In this document: positions 38,371-49,035 of the stretch, piece by piece | Layout of the letters: each line of letters opens with the position of its first letter | Numbering within the stretch: position 1 is the first letter of the stretch | DNA from: a virus | Taxonomy: Duplodnaviria > Caudoviricetes | DNA: 64,000 nt | Strand: one strand, 5' to 3' | IMG/VR virus record: IMGVR_UViG_3300021256_002629 | Span: 64,001-128,000 of that record | Notes under the pieces: generated by a model | Database searches by the model: none | What the model saw: the letters and a program-made list of their open reading frames with translations, nothing else | What the model was told of the DNA's origin: nothing | Position numbers and translations under genes: made by a program

Positions 38371-39870
38371 ATGACAGAGGAACTTTTATTAAAAAAGTGG
38401 GAAACTTTAATTACGGCTTGTAAAAATTATTATGTAGATTCTATTCCTACTGGGATGTTAGATTCCCAATATGATGAATTAGAAAGACGGGCTGCTATTG
38501 AAGATAAATTTTACGTTAGGGATTATGTTTTCAGAACTTTCTTAATGGGTACAAAAACTAAAAACCATTATATAGAAGAGATATCTAAAACAAAGGTCTC
38601 TAGTGGTACAATGATCGATGCTATAAGTAAGGTTGAAGCTAATTTAGGCAAAAAATTATACTGTGACCTTAAATATGATGGCACCAGTTTAGCAATATAT
38701 GTTGACCCAGATACCGGAGTTCCTAGACGAATTGTAACTGTTGGAAATTTGAACTTAAAAGATTTTGGTGTAGATCAAACATGGAAACTAATCAATTTCT
38801 TACCAGCTAGATTTCCAAAAGGTATTGTAGCAATTCAAGCTGAGGGATTAGTAGATATCAACAGATTTAGTGATGGAAATCCTGAAAGAGCTAGACAGAA
38901 AGCTAATGGCCTAATAAATTCGAAATATTGCGAGCGTGAAGTTAGTAATCTACTCACAATCAGAGCTTATAGATATTATACAGCCGAGACAGTAGAAGGA
39001 CTAGCTTTGAGAAATTCGGACTATAGAGAAGTATTAAAAACATTTCCTGTAGTTCAATCTCCAATTGACGGACATATCTTATTTGCTCCGGCACAAACGT
39101 GGACAGTTGAAGAATTGAAAAAGATGCCTGGATTTTGTGAGATTGATAGAACATCTACAAATACCGGAACTTTCTTGAATGATGGTTGGGTTTTGTATGA
39201 TGAAAACGGCATTTGTCAAGGAGCTTTGAAATATTCTGGAGCTGGAAGCGGTGAAGTAATTAAAACCACAGTAAGAAGCATACAGTGGAATAATCAAGTA
39301 ACTAAGGGCAAAGATAGCTGGTCTGCAAATGTAATAATTGATCCAGTTGAAATTAAAGGCTCAGTTATTAAAAAACCCAGTGCTGGTTCAGTAAGTAAAA
39401 TGGTAAAGAATAAAATTACTCCAGGAGCGGAAGTTAGTATTATTCTAGCCAATAGTACAATTCCTATGGTTGGAGAATCATTTACTTCAGGCAATGGAGA
39501 TTTTATGTGGCCTACTTGTAGTTGTGGGTATTCCATGACTGATAAAGATGTCTATGGCTCTAATTTGAAATGTGGAAATCCTATGTGTTCTGAAAGAATT
39601 TCACGAATGAGAGGAGTTATTTCAAAGTATAAAGACATTCACAAAGAACTAAATTTATCAGAATTATTAGTAATTGATAGATTTAAGAATTGGGAAAATA
39701 TAGATGTAGATACTTTATTAGAATTCGTGGAAAATAATAATAAAGAGGAATTTTCTAAATATTTAATGAAGTACATGACAACGGATCTTCAAAAGAAAAA
39801 TATGGAATTAGTTTGGAGACCTGCCTTCCTAGTATTAAAAGAAGTATATGATCAAAACAAAAAAATCTAA
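38371..39870 (+). CDS. ligA: NAD-dependent DNA ligase (divergent)
   Basis: YYVD..DSQYD domain Ia, KYDG adenylation motif, OB region, C-x-C...C-x-N-P-x-C Zn finger. Confidence 0.8.
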   Translation: MTEELLLKKWETLITACKNYYVDSIPTGMLDSQYDELERRAAIEDKFYVRDYVFRTFLMGTKTKNHYIEEISKTKVSSGTMIDAISKVEANLGKKLYCDLKYDGTSLAIYVDPDTGVPRRIVTVGNLNLKDFGVDQTWKLINFLPARFPKGIVAIQAEGLVDINRFSDGNPERARQKANGLINSKYCEREVSNLLTIRAYRYYTAETVEGLALRNSDYREVLKTFPVVQSPIDGHILFAPAQTWTVEELKKMPGFCEIDRTSTNTGTFLNDGWVLYDENGICQGALKYSGAGSGEVIKTTVRSIQWNNQVTKGKDSWSANVIIDPVEIKGSVIKKPSAGSVSKMVKNKITPGAEVSIILANSTIPMVGESFTSGNGDFMWPTCSCGYSMTDKDVYGSNLKCGNPMCSERISRMRGVISKYKDIHKELNLSELLVIDRFKNWENIDVDTLLEFVENNNKEEFSKYLMKYMTTDLQKKNMELVWRPAFLVLKEVYDQNKKI

Positions 39871-40234
39871 AGACTTTACAGAGACAACTCTATTAGTATA
39901 TAATAATCTAACTAAAAAGTATGGATTTTCAGCTAGATTATCAGATATTTGGGATCTACTGAGAGATGCATTTTCGATTGATGATTTTGATATTTTAGAC
40001 ACAAGATTTATTGATGTCGTAAAACTTCAAAATTATCTTATCAAAGTACAGAGAGATTGGCAAGCAGGATTGGACGTTGATTTTGGTGAATTTGCTAAAA
40101 CTTTGCTAGAAATAGGCGACTTTTCTAGAGGTGAGAAAACAATGTTCACAGATGGAGCAATCGAAGAAAGACTTTGGGGAATTTTGCTTGCTGTAACTAG
40201 ACCCAGAGAAGATTTAAAAGTAGAAAACTTATAA
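39848..40234 (+). CDS. Hypothetical protein
   Basis: ORF track. Confidence 0.65.
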   Translation: MIKTKKSKDFTETTLLVYNNLTKKYGFSARLSDIWDLLRDAFSIDDFDILDTRFIDVVKLQNYLIKVQRDWQAGLDVDFGEFAKTLLEIGDFSRGEKTMFTDGAIEERLWGILLAVTRPREDLKVENL

Positions 40235-40257
40235 TTATAAAATAAACATTATTAATA

Positions 40258-40884
40258 ATGATCGAAGTTAATTTGTATTCAATTCCAGCTGGTGAAGTTA
40301 CAGCTAGAGTTGGTAAATGTATTGCACGTAACAGATTTGATAGAGATGCAATGGGAACTACTCCAGAAGAATTTTTGAAAGGATTCTTGAGAAATAATTT
40401 TGATAAGATTGAAGGCGGTCTTAATGCTGTAAATGATCAGTTAATAGATGCTATCAATTCTAATAAAGTCTTGTCTCGTCGTGATTTGGCTTGCATTAAT
40501 CACTATTTGATTCAGTCTGGATATATGTTTCAGATTATTAATGTAGCAGATGACGAAGAGAATCCTGTTGGTGTACCTAGTGGAGAAGTTAGTGAATGGA
40601 ATGTAATCGACAAAAATTTTATACAGAACGATTACCCTACCGCTACTAAAATTATCCCTGGAAATAAAGACCATGCACAAATTCTCAAACAAGTCGTAGA
40701 GCAGTCTGGTTTATTTGATAAAGATAAATTTAGTGGCTTGAAAAATCCATTTACAGAACTCCTTAACAATCTAGAAATGATTAAGAAAGAGTCTGGCCAG
40801 ATTAACGCAAATATCGTAACTAAGATTTATGCTTTGTTAGATGAATGCGGGATTGAAATATTCTGTGCTGTAAGTGAGGATTAA
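40258..40884 (+). CDS. Hypothetical protein
   Basis: ORF track. Confidence 0.75.
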   Translation: MIEVNLYSIPAGEVTARVGKCIARNRFDRDAMGTTPEEFLKGFLRNNFDKIEGGLNAVNDQLIDAINSNKVLSRRDLACINHYLIQSGYMFQIINVADDEENPVGVPSGEVSEWNVIDKNFIQNDYPTATKIIPGNKDHAQILKQVVEQSGLFDKDKFSGLKNPFTELLNNLEMIKKESGQINANIVTKIYALLDECGIEIFCAVSED

Positions 40885-41171
40885 TGAGAACCATATTTTC
40901 GATTAAAAGGCTGTTGTTTTTATTGACAGCCTTTCTTTTTAGCAAGATATTAGTCGTAGCTAGCGAACCTAATACATCTATTCTTATTTTAGATGATTGT
41001 GGTGCTGAACTTTCTGTAGTAAAGGATGATAGTTATGTGGTTTATCATTCAGACAGCGCTTGTATGATAGATTGTAGTACTTGGGCTGACGGTACTTATT
41101 CTGCAAAAATTTGTGAAAAAGAAATTATTTTTGAAATAAAAGATGGCATCATTACAAACAGACATAATTGA
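40884..41171 (+). CDS. Hypothetical protein, possible signal peptide
   Basis: ORF track. Confidence 0.5.
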   Translation: MRTIFSIKRLLFLLTAFLFSKILVVASEPNTSILILDDCGAELSVVKDDSYVVYHSDSACMIDCSTWADGTYSAKICEKEIIFEIKDGIITNRHN

Positions 41172-41592
41172 AATCTATAATGCGTTATCGGTATTTAGTA
41201 AACAAGTAATAGAAAGTGAAGAGCCAAGACCAATAAATGTTTGGTTTGATGAAGAATTTAACTCATTTGCTTTCGAACTAGAGGGTAAATCTGTTCGAAT
41301 TCGGAGTTTAAGCTATTATTGTCTTGATCTTCCTAAATTAAAGAACAAAACTTTCTTACTTCCAGAAGATTATGATGTTTTAATGTCTTCCCTTCTGAAA
41401 TTAATTAAATCCGGTAAATTAATAGAGGATAGACTTTGTGTCAGTCCTGAGAATTTGGGATTTAAGGTCTTTTTGGCGAATCCTAACATTATTAAAGGAG
41501 GTCCACGTATCATTGGAAGTTTCAAATTCGTATCAGGAAAATCTTGGTTGTTTAAAGCTCTAACTAAATTTAAATACGGTTTATGGGATTAA
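41143..41592 (+). CDS. Hypothetical protein
   Basis: ORF track. Confidence 0.7.
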   Translation: MASLQTDIIEIYNALSVFSKQVIESEEPRPINVWFDEEFNSFAFELEGKSVRIRSLSYYCLDLPKLKNKTFLLPEDYDVLMSSLLKLIKSGKLIEDRLCVSPENLGFKVFLANPNIIKGGPRIIGSFKFVSGKSWLFKALTKFKYGLWD

Positions 41593-42032
41593 TAATCAAA
41601 TTTAAAAAACTAGCGGACTCTGCAACATTGCCTCAGTATGTACATAAAGGTGATGCTGGAATGGACGTTAGTACTACAATCAAAGAACCAATTACGTTAC
41701 AACCCCTTCAACGTTACTTATTTTCTACTGGCCTTTGTGCAGATATACCTTTAGGAGCAGAAATTCAAGTAAGACCGAGAAGTGGTTTAGCAGCTAAGCA
41801 CGGAATCACTGTTTTAAATTCTCCTGGAACAATAGATAGTGGGTATAAAGATGAAATTAAAATAATATTAATAAATCTTTCAAATGAACCCTTTACTATT
41901 AATCCAGGTGATCGTATTGCGCAATTCGTTATTAGTGAAATCAAAGATGTTACTGTTTTAGAAGCGACAGAAATTGATGAAACTGATAATCGTGGTGGAG
42001 GATTCGGACATTCTGGTATTGAAAAATTATGA
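41583..42032 (+). CDS. dut: dUTPase (trimeric type)
   Basis: AGMD, RPRSGLA, GTIDSGY, GDRIAQ, RGGGFGHSG. Confidence 0.95.
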   Translation: MGLIIKFKKLADSATLPQYVHKGDAGMDVSTTIKEPITLQPLQRYLFSTGLCADIPLGAEIQVRPRSGLAAKHGITVLNSPGTIDSGYKDEIKIILINLSNEPFTINPGDRIAQFVISEIKDVTVLEATEIDETDNRGGGFGHSGIEKL

Positions 42033-42343
42033 AACTATTTGGCTGGTTAAATCCAAATCAAGCGGCAGAAGAAGTATGGTGTTCTATTCACAGTTCACTT
42101 CTCTCTGGTGAATTGTTACTTGGATATAAAAATACTAGTAGTGGTGATATTTCCAGATTAGTAATAGTATTAAACAAGGACAATAGTTATGGAATTGGAT
42201 TAATTACTTCTGGTTATACTGAGTTACTACCTAGTGTTCCATTAGAGTTTCTTTCAATCCTACATGAAGATCTGAAAGCGCAAAAATTAGATAAAAAAGT
42301 TTTAGAGGATATTAAATACATTATTGATAATAAAAGAATATGA
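42029..42343 (+). CDS. Hypothetical protein
   Basis: ORF track. Confidence 0.65.
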   Translation: MKLFGWLNPNQAAEEVWCSIHSSLLSGELLLGYKNTSSGDISRLVIVLNKDNSYGIGLITSGYTELLPSVPLEFLSILHEDLKAQKLDKKVLEDIKYIIDNKRI

Positions 42344-43362
42344 GATTTTTAGCAATTGATTTAGGTTACTCAAATGTAAAAGTGGCTTATTATAATGAGT
42401 CGGGAATTCTGCAGTTTGATAAATATATTTCTGCAGTAGCGAAAGTAGATCAACCTATGGAAGCAGATGATGATGTTATGTTTCGATTAGGACCAAACTA
42501 CTATATTATTGGACCAGCAGCATTGAAAACATCTAGATCTAATATAATTAAGTTGGAAACTTTTGAAGATCTTAAGAATGTTTATCCTGTTTGGGTTTCA
42601 TATCTATTGAAAAAGTATGGTGGAATGGAGAAATTTGATAAGGTAGTAATAGGTTTGTCAATGGCATTCTCAGAAAAAGCAGAAGAATTGTTAACCTACC
42701 TATGCGACTCCCTTATGATACGTGATGATAGTTATTTCATGTGTCTTCCACAAGGATTAAGCTGTAAATTGGCTTATTATGAAAAAGGTCTTGATATTAA
42801 AGATCCTAAAAATGAGCCAAAACTTAAGAACTTTATTATAGTAGATGGTGGATTCTTGACTGTGGATTGCTGTGCAGTTATTTCATCTAAATCTAGTTCT
42901 GGCTCTGCGACTGGTATAGCAAATACTGGGGTTATTAGAATCGTATATAATATTGTAGATTATATCTTTAAAGAGTACGAATTAAAGATTTCAGTAAAAG
43001 AAGGTCAGAAAATACTAGATCAAGGAGGAATATTTAACAGAAGAGGCGTTAAATATGATATTTCAGAACAAGTAAAGCAATTTACTAAAGAATATCTTAA
43101 CTCAGTCTTGGATTTACTTGAGAAAAATTATAGTGAACAGCTTGATGTAGTAGATGGAGTTCTTATTCTTGGGGGATTGGCCTATTTCTTTCAAAAATAT
43201 ATATCTGAAAACGATAGTGATGTGATAAAAATGATAAGCAAGCATTTCCCTGTTGATTTTATCCACTATCCATTGTATGACAGCGAGTTCTTCAATGCGT
43301 ATTCATATTTAATAGCCGCTGAGAAGGTTACTGCTAACGCTGCTAATGAAAATTCAAAATAA
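42340..43362 (+). CDS. ParM/StbA-like actin-fold ATPase
   Basis: AIDLGYSNVK, PQG, IVDGGFLTVD, LGGLA. Confidence 0.8.
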   Translation: MRFLAIDLGYSNVKVAYYNESGILQFDKYISAVAKVDQPMEADDDVMFRLGPNYYIIGPAALKTSRSNIIKLETFEDLKNVYPVWVSYLLKKYGGMEKFDKVVIGLSMAFSEKAEELLTYLCDSLMIRDDSYFMCLPQGLSCKLAYYEKGLDIKDPKNEPKLKNFIIVDGGFLTVDCCAVISSKSSSGSATGIANTGVIRIVYNIVDYIFKEYELKISVKEGQKILDQGGIFNRRGVKYDISEQVKQFTKEYLNSVLDLLEKNYSEQLDVVDGVLILGGLAYFFQKYISENDSDVIKMISKHFPVDFIHYPLYDSEFFNAYSYLIAAEKVTANAANENSK

Positions 43363-43426
43363 GAAAATAATAAAAAGGTATGATAGATAATATATTCTAA
43401 TATTATTTATTATACCTTTTATTTAA

Positions 43427-43885
43427 ATGATATATATGAGTGATTATTCAACAATAAAGGGGCAGGCATGGATTTATAAGGATACTTCACTTGTTCAAGA
43501 TGAGATCAGGATTTATGACAATTCTATAACTTCAAATGTAATAGTAACTTTAATTGATAATATTTGGAACGATCTCCTAAGTTCTGCAGGCCAATGGAAA
43601 AAATCCGGTGAAAAGTTTTTTTATTGGGAGTACGAACAAACGGCTATTTCAGATGGAGTCAATTTTTTTACGAAGGTGAAAATAGAGTGTCCACATCCTA
43701 AACCAGGGCTTATAAAATCGTTGTTTCCCTCAGATATAGATCCTAAAGACTGGGATTTATCTACGTTAGAGTCAGATTGGGCTAAATATTGGGCTGAAGT
43801 AGAGAAAAGAAGCTCAAGTATAAATCAAGAGGTAATTAAGAATCGTAACATTACTGAAGAAAATATTAACTTATTATTACTATGA
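43427..43885 (+). CDS. Hypothetical protein, paralog of 43882
   Basis: Shared IKGQAWI..TSLVQD and IDPKDWDLSTL.SDWAKYWA. Confidence 0.7.
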   Translation: MIYMSDYSTIKGQAWIYKDTSLVQDEIRIYDNSITSNVIVTLIDNIWNDLLSSAGQWKKSGEKFFYWEYEQTAISDGVNFFTKVKIECPHPKPGLIKSLFPSDIDPKDWDLSTLESDWAKYWAEVEKRSSSINQEVIKNRNITEENINLLLL

Positions 43886-44490
43886 GTAGAATTATAAAAG
43901 GACAAGCTTGGATTCATGAAAATACTTCGCTTGTTCAAGACATGACTATTGTATATGATAATGGAAGAAGGGTATCTTGTCCAGCGCAAATATTAATTTC
44001 TGATATTTGGAGTGATCTAGATAAGGCCACTGGAAATGAGTGGAAACGATTAGATGTGGACAGTAGCTTTTTCTATTGGGAGTATGAATACACAAATCTA
44101 GAGACTTTTGTAGATGAAGTAACTAAATTTGAATGTCCTAAGCCTACAAAAGAGTACTATGATGAAAAATTTCCAAATATAGACCCTAAAGACTGGGATT
44201 TATCTACATTAGATTCAGACTGGGCTAAATATTGGGCTGGATTGGTGAAGATTTCAAATATAAATTACTCAAATCTCTCTGTTTGGAAAGATACAAGTAC
44301 TTCTTTAGGTGGAGTTCCAAACGTAAATGACTGGAGTGGTGTAGGAAGATTAAAATTTGGAACTACACAAGATAGGCCTGATTTCCCAATTGGATCTGGA
44401 CAAGGTTTTCAATATTTTGATACAACTATAGATAAACCTATATGGTGGACTGGATCTAAATGGGTTAATGCAACGGGGTCTACTGTTTAA
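43882..44490 (+). CDS. Hypothetical protein with tail-fibre-type C-terminal module
   Basis: GTTQDRP..GFQYFDTTIDKPIWWTGSKWVNATG. Confidence 0.65.
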   Translation: MSRIIKGQAWIHENTSLVQDMTIVYDNGRRVSCPAQILISDIWSDLDKATGNEWKRLDVDSSFFYWEYEYTNLETFVDEVTKFECPKPTKEYYDEKFPNIDPKDWDLSTLDSDWAKYWAGLVKISNINYSNLSVWKDTSTSLGGVPNVNDWSGVGRLKFGTTQDRPDFPIGSGQGFQYFDTTIDKPIWWTGSKWVNATGSTV

Positions 44491-44603
44491 TAGACTTCTA
44501 CATAAAGGTGTGGTTTATATAGCCACACTTTTTATTTATCATTTAGCCTAGATTTTTATTTTCTCCTCAAAATCTTATTTATGAAACCTTTAATGATTTT
44601 ATT

Positions 44604-45212
44604 ATGACAGAAAAAGAAGCTGAAGATTTGTGTAGAATGATAAGAGTAGGAGTAGATTTAAGTAAGCCCAAGTACAATTATCATCCAAAAACAAAAGATG
44701 AATTAAAATATTTAGTTGAAAAACTAATTGAAGAAAGGGGAAATGAGGCAGATTTGAATGATGTTGACGTTTCCCAAATTAAAGATATGAGTTTGATATT
44801 TTATCAATCTAAATTTAACGGCGATATTTCTAATTGGGACGTTAGTAGAGTTGAGAATATGTGGTCGATGTTTAATAGTTCTCAATTTAATGGGGATATC
44901 TCAAAATGGAATGTTAGTAAAGTGAAGTGGATGAATGGAATGTTTTCTTGCTCTAAATTTAATGGTGATATTTCAAATTGGGATGTTAGTGGAGTGTGGA
45001 GGATGAGTGGGATGTTCTACAAGTCTCAATTTAATAGTGATATTTCAAAGTGGGATGTTAGTGGAGTGAAGGATATGGAAGTGATGTTTTACGGTTCTAA
45101 ATTTAATGGGGATATTTCAAATTGGGATGTTAGTGGAGTTGAGAATATGGGTGGAATGTTTTGGGAATCTAAATTTAACGGCGATATCTCTAAATGGACT
45201 AAGAAACCATAA
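44604..45212 (+). CDS. BspA/DUF285-like repeat protein (6 repeats)
   Basis: FNGDISxWxVSxVxxMxxMF repeats. Confidence 0.9.
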   Translation: MTEKEAEDLCRMIRVGVDLSKPKYNYHPKTKDELKYLVEKLIEERGNEADLNDVDVSQIKDMSLIFYQSKFNGDISNWDVSRVENMWSMFNSSQFNGDISKWNVSKVKWMNGMFSCSKFNGDISNWDVSGVWRMSGMFYKSQFNSDISKWDVSGVKDMEVMFYGSKFNGDISNWDVSGVENMGGMFWESKFNGDISKWTKKP

Positions 45213-45289
45213 TAAAAAGAAACCCGGATTAATCTGGGTTTTTATTTTCTCCTCAAAATCTTATTTATGAAACCTTTAATAATTTTATC

Positions 45290-45829
45290 ATGACGGAAAA
45301 AGAAGCTGAAGAGTTGTGTAAGATGGTAAGAATAGGTGTAGATTTAAGCAAACCTAAATATAATTATCAACCAAAGACAAAAGAGGAATTAGAAGATCTT
45401 ATTAAGAAATTAATTAAGGAAAGGGGAAATGAGGCAGATTTGAATGATATAGACGTTTCCCAAATTACGGATATGGGTTTGGTATTTTATGATTCTCAAT
45501 TTAATGGCGATATTTCTAATTGGAATGTTAGTGGGGTTGAGGATATGTGGTCGATGTTTAATAGTTCTCAATTTAATGGGGATATCTCAAATTGGGACGT
45601 TAGTAGAGTTAAGGATATGAGTGGAATGTTTTCTTGCTCTAAATTTAATGGCGATATTTCTAAATGGAATGTTAGTGGAGTGAAGAATATGGGGCGTATG
45701 TTCTACAAGTCTCAATTTAATGGGGACATTTCAAATTGGGATGTTAGGAAGGTGAGGGATATGAGCTGGATGTTTGAAAGTTCTCAATTTAAAGGCGATA
45801 TTTCTAAATGGACCAAGAAACCGGAATAA
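45290..45829 (+). CDS. BspA/DUF285-like repeat protein (5 repeats)
   Basis: Same repeat. Confidence 0.9.
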   Translation: MTEKEAEELCKMVRIGVDLSKPKYNYQPKTKEELEDLIKKLIKERGNEADLNDIDVSQITDMGLVFYDSQFNGDISNWNVSGVEDMWSMFNSSQFNGDISNWDVSRVKDMSGMFSCSKFNGDISKWNVSGVKNMGRMFYKSQFNGDISNWDVRKVRDMSWMFESSQFKGDISKWTKKPE

Positions 45830-45835
45830 AAGAAA

Positions 45836-45907
45836 GACCTGGATAAATTTATCTGGGTTTTATTTTCTCCTCAAAATCTTATTATTGAAACCTTTAATAA
45901 TTTTATT
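45836..45907 (+). promoter_or_regulatory. Cassette boundary: terminator hairpin, promoter and leader (representative copy)
   Basis: acctggataaatttatctgggttttattttctcctcaaaatcttattattgaaacctttaataattttatt; copies near 45221, 48960, 51524, 52823, 53556, 55181, 57021, 57926, 59307, 60206, 61043, 63570. Confidence 0.8.
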
Positions 45908-46882
45908 ATGACGGAAAAAGAAGCCGAAGATTTGTGCAGAATGGTAAGAGTAGGAGTAGATTTAAGTAAACCCAATTATAAATATTATCCAGAAACAAGA
46001 GATGAATTAAAAGATCTAATCAACAAACTACTTGAAGAAAGAGGAATTGAGGCGGATTTGAATGATGTTGATGTTTCCAAAATTACGGATATGAGAGAAG
46101 TGTTTGCTTGGTCTCTGTTCAATGGAAATATTTCAAAATGGGATGTGAGTAAAGTGAGGAATATGTGGGGAATGTTTAGAAATTCTCAATTCAATGGAGA
46201 TATATCTAATTGGGATGTTAGTGGGGTTGAGGAGATGAGAGGAATGTTTTGGTATTCTCAATTTAATGGTGATATTTCAAATTGGGATGTTAGTGGGGTT
46301 GAGAGTATGAGTTGTATGTTTGCTTCTTCTGAATTTAATGGCGATATCTCAAATTGGAATGTTAGTAATGTGAATAGTATGTGGGAGATGTTCCGTAATT
46401 CTCAATTTAATGGAGATATTTCAAAATGGAATGTTAGTAGGGTTGAGAATATGTGTGAAATGTTTTCTCGTTCTCAATTTAATGGCGATATCTCAAAATG
46501 GAATGTTAGTAAAGTGAAGTGGATGAATGGAATGTTTTCTCGTTCTCAATTTAATGGGGATATCTCAAATTGGAATGTTAGTAGTGTGGAGGATATGGAA
46601 GGAATGTTTGAATGTTCTGAATTTAATGGAGATATCTCAAAATGGAATGTTAAGGAGGTTGTAAATATGAAAAAAATGTTCGCTAATAATAAATCTGCTA
46701 ATATTCCTGACTGGTGTCCTAATGAAAGTTTACTACGCAGAGTACTATCATTCTTAATGTGTAGGTATCCCGATCCTGAAAAAAGTTTTTGGAGGCCACT
46801 ATATACAGTATTACTGTTCTTAATAGGTATAGTAATGCTAGCGTTATTAGAATATTATGATCCAATGGGTAAGTATAAATAA
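45908..46882 (+). CDS. BspA/DUF285-like repeat protein (8 repeats) with C-terminal TM
   Basis: Repeats plus LYTVLLFLIGIVMLALL. Confidence 0.9.
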   Translation: MTEKEAEDLCRMVRVGVDLSKPNYKYYPETRDELKDLINKLLEERGIEADLNDVDVSKITDMREVFAWSLFNGNISKWDVSKVRNMWGMFRNSQFNGDISNWDVSGVEEMRGMFWYSQFNGDISNWDVSGVESMSCMFASSEFNGDISNWNVSNVNSMWEMFRNSQFNGDISKWNVSRVENMCEMFSRSQFNGDISKWNVSKVKWMNGMFSRSQFNGDISNWNVSSVEDMEGMFECSEFNGDISKWNVKEVVNMKKMFANNKSANIPDWCPNESLLRRVLSFLMCRYPDPEKSFWRPLYTVLLFLIGIVMLALLEYYDPMGKYK

Positions 46883-46906
46883 TTATTAATTTAATTAATT
46901 TTTATT

Positions 46907-48160
46907 ATGACGGAAAAAGAAGCTGAAGATTTATGCAAAATGATAAGAATAGGAGTAGATCTAAGCAAACCTAAATATAATTATCAACCAAAGACAAAAG
47001 AGGAATTAGAAGATCTTATTAAGAAATTAATTGAAGAAAGGGGAAATGAGGCAGATTTGAATGATGTTGATGTTTCCCGAATTACGGACATGAGAGAATT
47101 GTTTGCTAATTTTCCTCAATTCAACGGAGATATATCTAATTGGGATGTTAGTGGAGTTGAGGATATGAGTTTTATGTTTAATGGTTCTGATTTTAATGGT
47201 GATATTTCAAAATGGGACGTGAGTAAAGTTGAGGATATGCATTTTATGTTTGCTTATTCTGAATTCAATGGAGATATTTCTAGTTGGAATGTTAGTAGAG
47301 TGTGGAATATGAGTGGAATGTTTAAAGATTCTAAATTTAATGAGGATATTTCAAATTGGAGTGTTAGTAAGGTGGAGAATATGAGTTATATGTTTTATGA
47401 GTCTCAATTTAATGAAAATATTTCAAATTGGGATGTTAGTGGGGTGGAGAATATGAGTTATATGTTTTCCTATTCTCAATTCAATGGAAATATTTCAAAT
47501 TGGGATGTTAGGAGAGTTGGAGAGATGAGTAATATGTTTTCCTGTTCTCAATTCAATGGAGATATTTCTAATTGGGACGTTAGTGGAGTTGAGGATATGA
47601 GCTGGATGTTTGCCTCTTCTCAATTTAATAGGGATATTTCAAAATGGAATGTTAGTAAAGTATGGGATATGAGGGGAATGTTTAATAGTTCTCAATTTAA
47701 CAGCGATATCTCTGAATGGAATGTTAGTAATGTTGAGGATATGGGTTGGATGTTTCAGTATTCTAAATTTAATGGAGATATCTCAAATTGGGACGTTAGT
47801 AGAGTTAAGGATATGAGTGGGATGTTTGCTGGCTCTCAATTTAATGGAGATATATCTAATTGGGACGTTAGTAGAGTTGAGAATATGAGTAAAACGTTTT
47901 ATCTATCATTTAAATTTGATGGAGATATTTCTAAATGGGATGTTAGTGGTGTTAAGTGTATGGATGAAATGTTTGATAACTATAAACCTACTGATGGTAT
48001 CCCAAAATGGTATCTTAGTAAAAAAGATAATAAAGAATGTGTAGTAAAGAGTGTAACAACCACTCCTGCTAACGACTCCTATAATAGTATTCTTAGTGCT
48101 ATTATAAAGCAGCTACTATTTATTGTAATAATGTTAGCAATATTTTATTTCATTAAATAA
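46907..48160 (+). CDS. BspA/DUF285-like repeat protein (12 repeats) with C-terminal TM
   Basis: Repeats plus LLFIVIMLAIFYFI. Confidence 0.9.
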   Translation: MTEKEAEDLCKMIRIGVDLSKPKYNYQPKTKEELEDLIKKLIEERGNEADLNDVDVSRITDMRELFANFPQFNGDISNWDVSGVEDMSFMFNGSDFNGDISKWDVSKVEDMHFMFAYSEFNGDISSWNVSRVWNMSGMFKDSKFNEDISNWSVSKVENMSYMFYESQFNENISNWDVSGVENMSYMFSYSQFNGNISNWDVRRVGEMSNMFSCSQFNGDISNWDVSGVEDMSWMFASSQFNRDISKWNVSKVWDMRGMFNSSQFNSDISEWNVSNVEDMGWMFQYSKFNGDISNWDVSRVKDMSGMFAGSQFNGDISNWDVSRVENMSKTFYLSFKFDGDISKWDVSGVKCMDEMFDNYKPTDGIPKWYLSKKDNKECVVKSVTTTPANDSYNSILSAIIKQLLFIVIMLAIFYFIK

Positions 48161-48202
48161 TATGACGTTTTTAAATTATTAACTTAAAATTATCTATTAA
48201 TT

Positions 48203-48481
48203 ATGAAGTATATCATGTCAACAGTTGTTATTTGTTTAGCAATTTTTTGTGGGATTTTCTGCTATAATAAAATCAGAGAATCTAAAATTATGTCAGATGT
48301 TATTGAAAACGACATAGTAATTTATAAAGAAATCTCTCCCAACCTTTTAGGAAGCCCAACTTTTTACATACAAACGCTCAATGGGGGAGGAGAAGTTGAT
48401 GAAAAATCCTATCAATCCATCAATATTGGAGATAGAATTAATTATCGAAACGTCGGTAATAAAATTTTAATAGTCTATTAA
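48203..48481 (+). CDS. Small membrane-anchored protein
   Basis: N-terminal TM; VDEKSYQSINIGD. Confidence 0.65.
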   Translation: MKYIMSTVVICLAIFCGIFCYNKIRESKIMSDVIENDIVIYKEISPNLLGSPTFYIQTLNGGGEVDEKSYQSINIGDRINYRNVGNKILIVY

Positions 48482-48588
48482 ATACAATTAAGCCTAGAAG
48501 ATCAAATTCTAGGTTTATTTTTCTTTTTCCACCTAATTAACTTATATATGAAAGAAAAATATATTTAAACCCTATTTTAGATAAATTT

Positions 48589-48942
48589 ATGAATAATCTC
48601 AATAGTATTTTATTAATTTTAGTAATGATAGTGACTTCTGCTTGTTGTAATTGTCCAGTAGAAGAAGTGAGATCCCCAATTGGTGTAGTGAAAGATAAAT
48701 ATGAACAAACTATCCGCCACCGTAGAACTGTTTATAATCATTACAGTCATAGCCACACTTTTTATATAGCACCAATTACTCATTATAAAATAGTAATAGA
48801 AGAAGATAGTAGTAACACGAAAATAATAACAGTTGATGTTTCAGAAAAAGAGTATAAATCAATCCGTATTAAAGATACTATTTATAAAAACACGTTTATA
48901 AAAAAACATACTAATAAATGTAAATACAACAAAAATAAATAA
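48589..48942 (+). CDS. Putative lipoprotein
   Basis: Hydrophobic N-terminus ending TSAC; VSEKEYKSIRIKD similar to 48203. Confidence 0.6.
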   Translation: MNNLNSILLILVMIVTSACCNCPVEEVRSPIGVVKDKYEQTIRHRRTVYNHYSHSHTFYIAPITHYKIVIEEDSSNTKIITVDVSEKEYKSIRIKDTIYKNTFIKKHTNKCKYNKNK

Positions 48943-49035
48943 ATAAAGTATGTTATCAACCTAGATTAATTAATTTTAATCTGGGTTTTATTTTCTCCTC
49001 AAACTCTTATTTATGAAACCTTTAATAATTTTATT

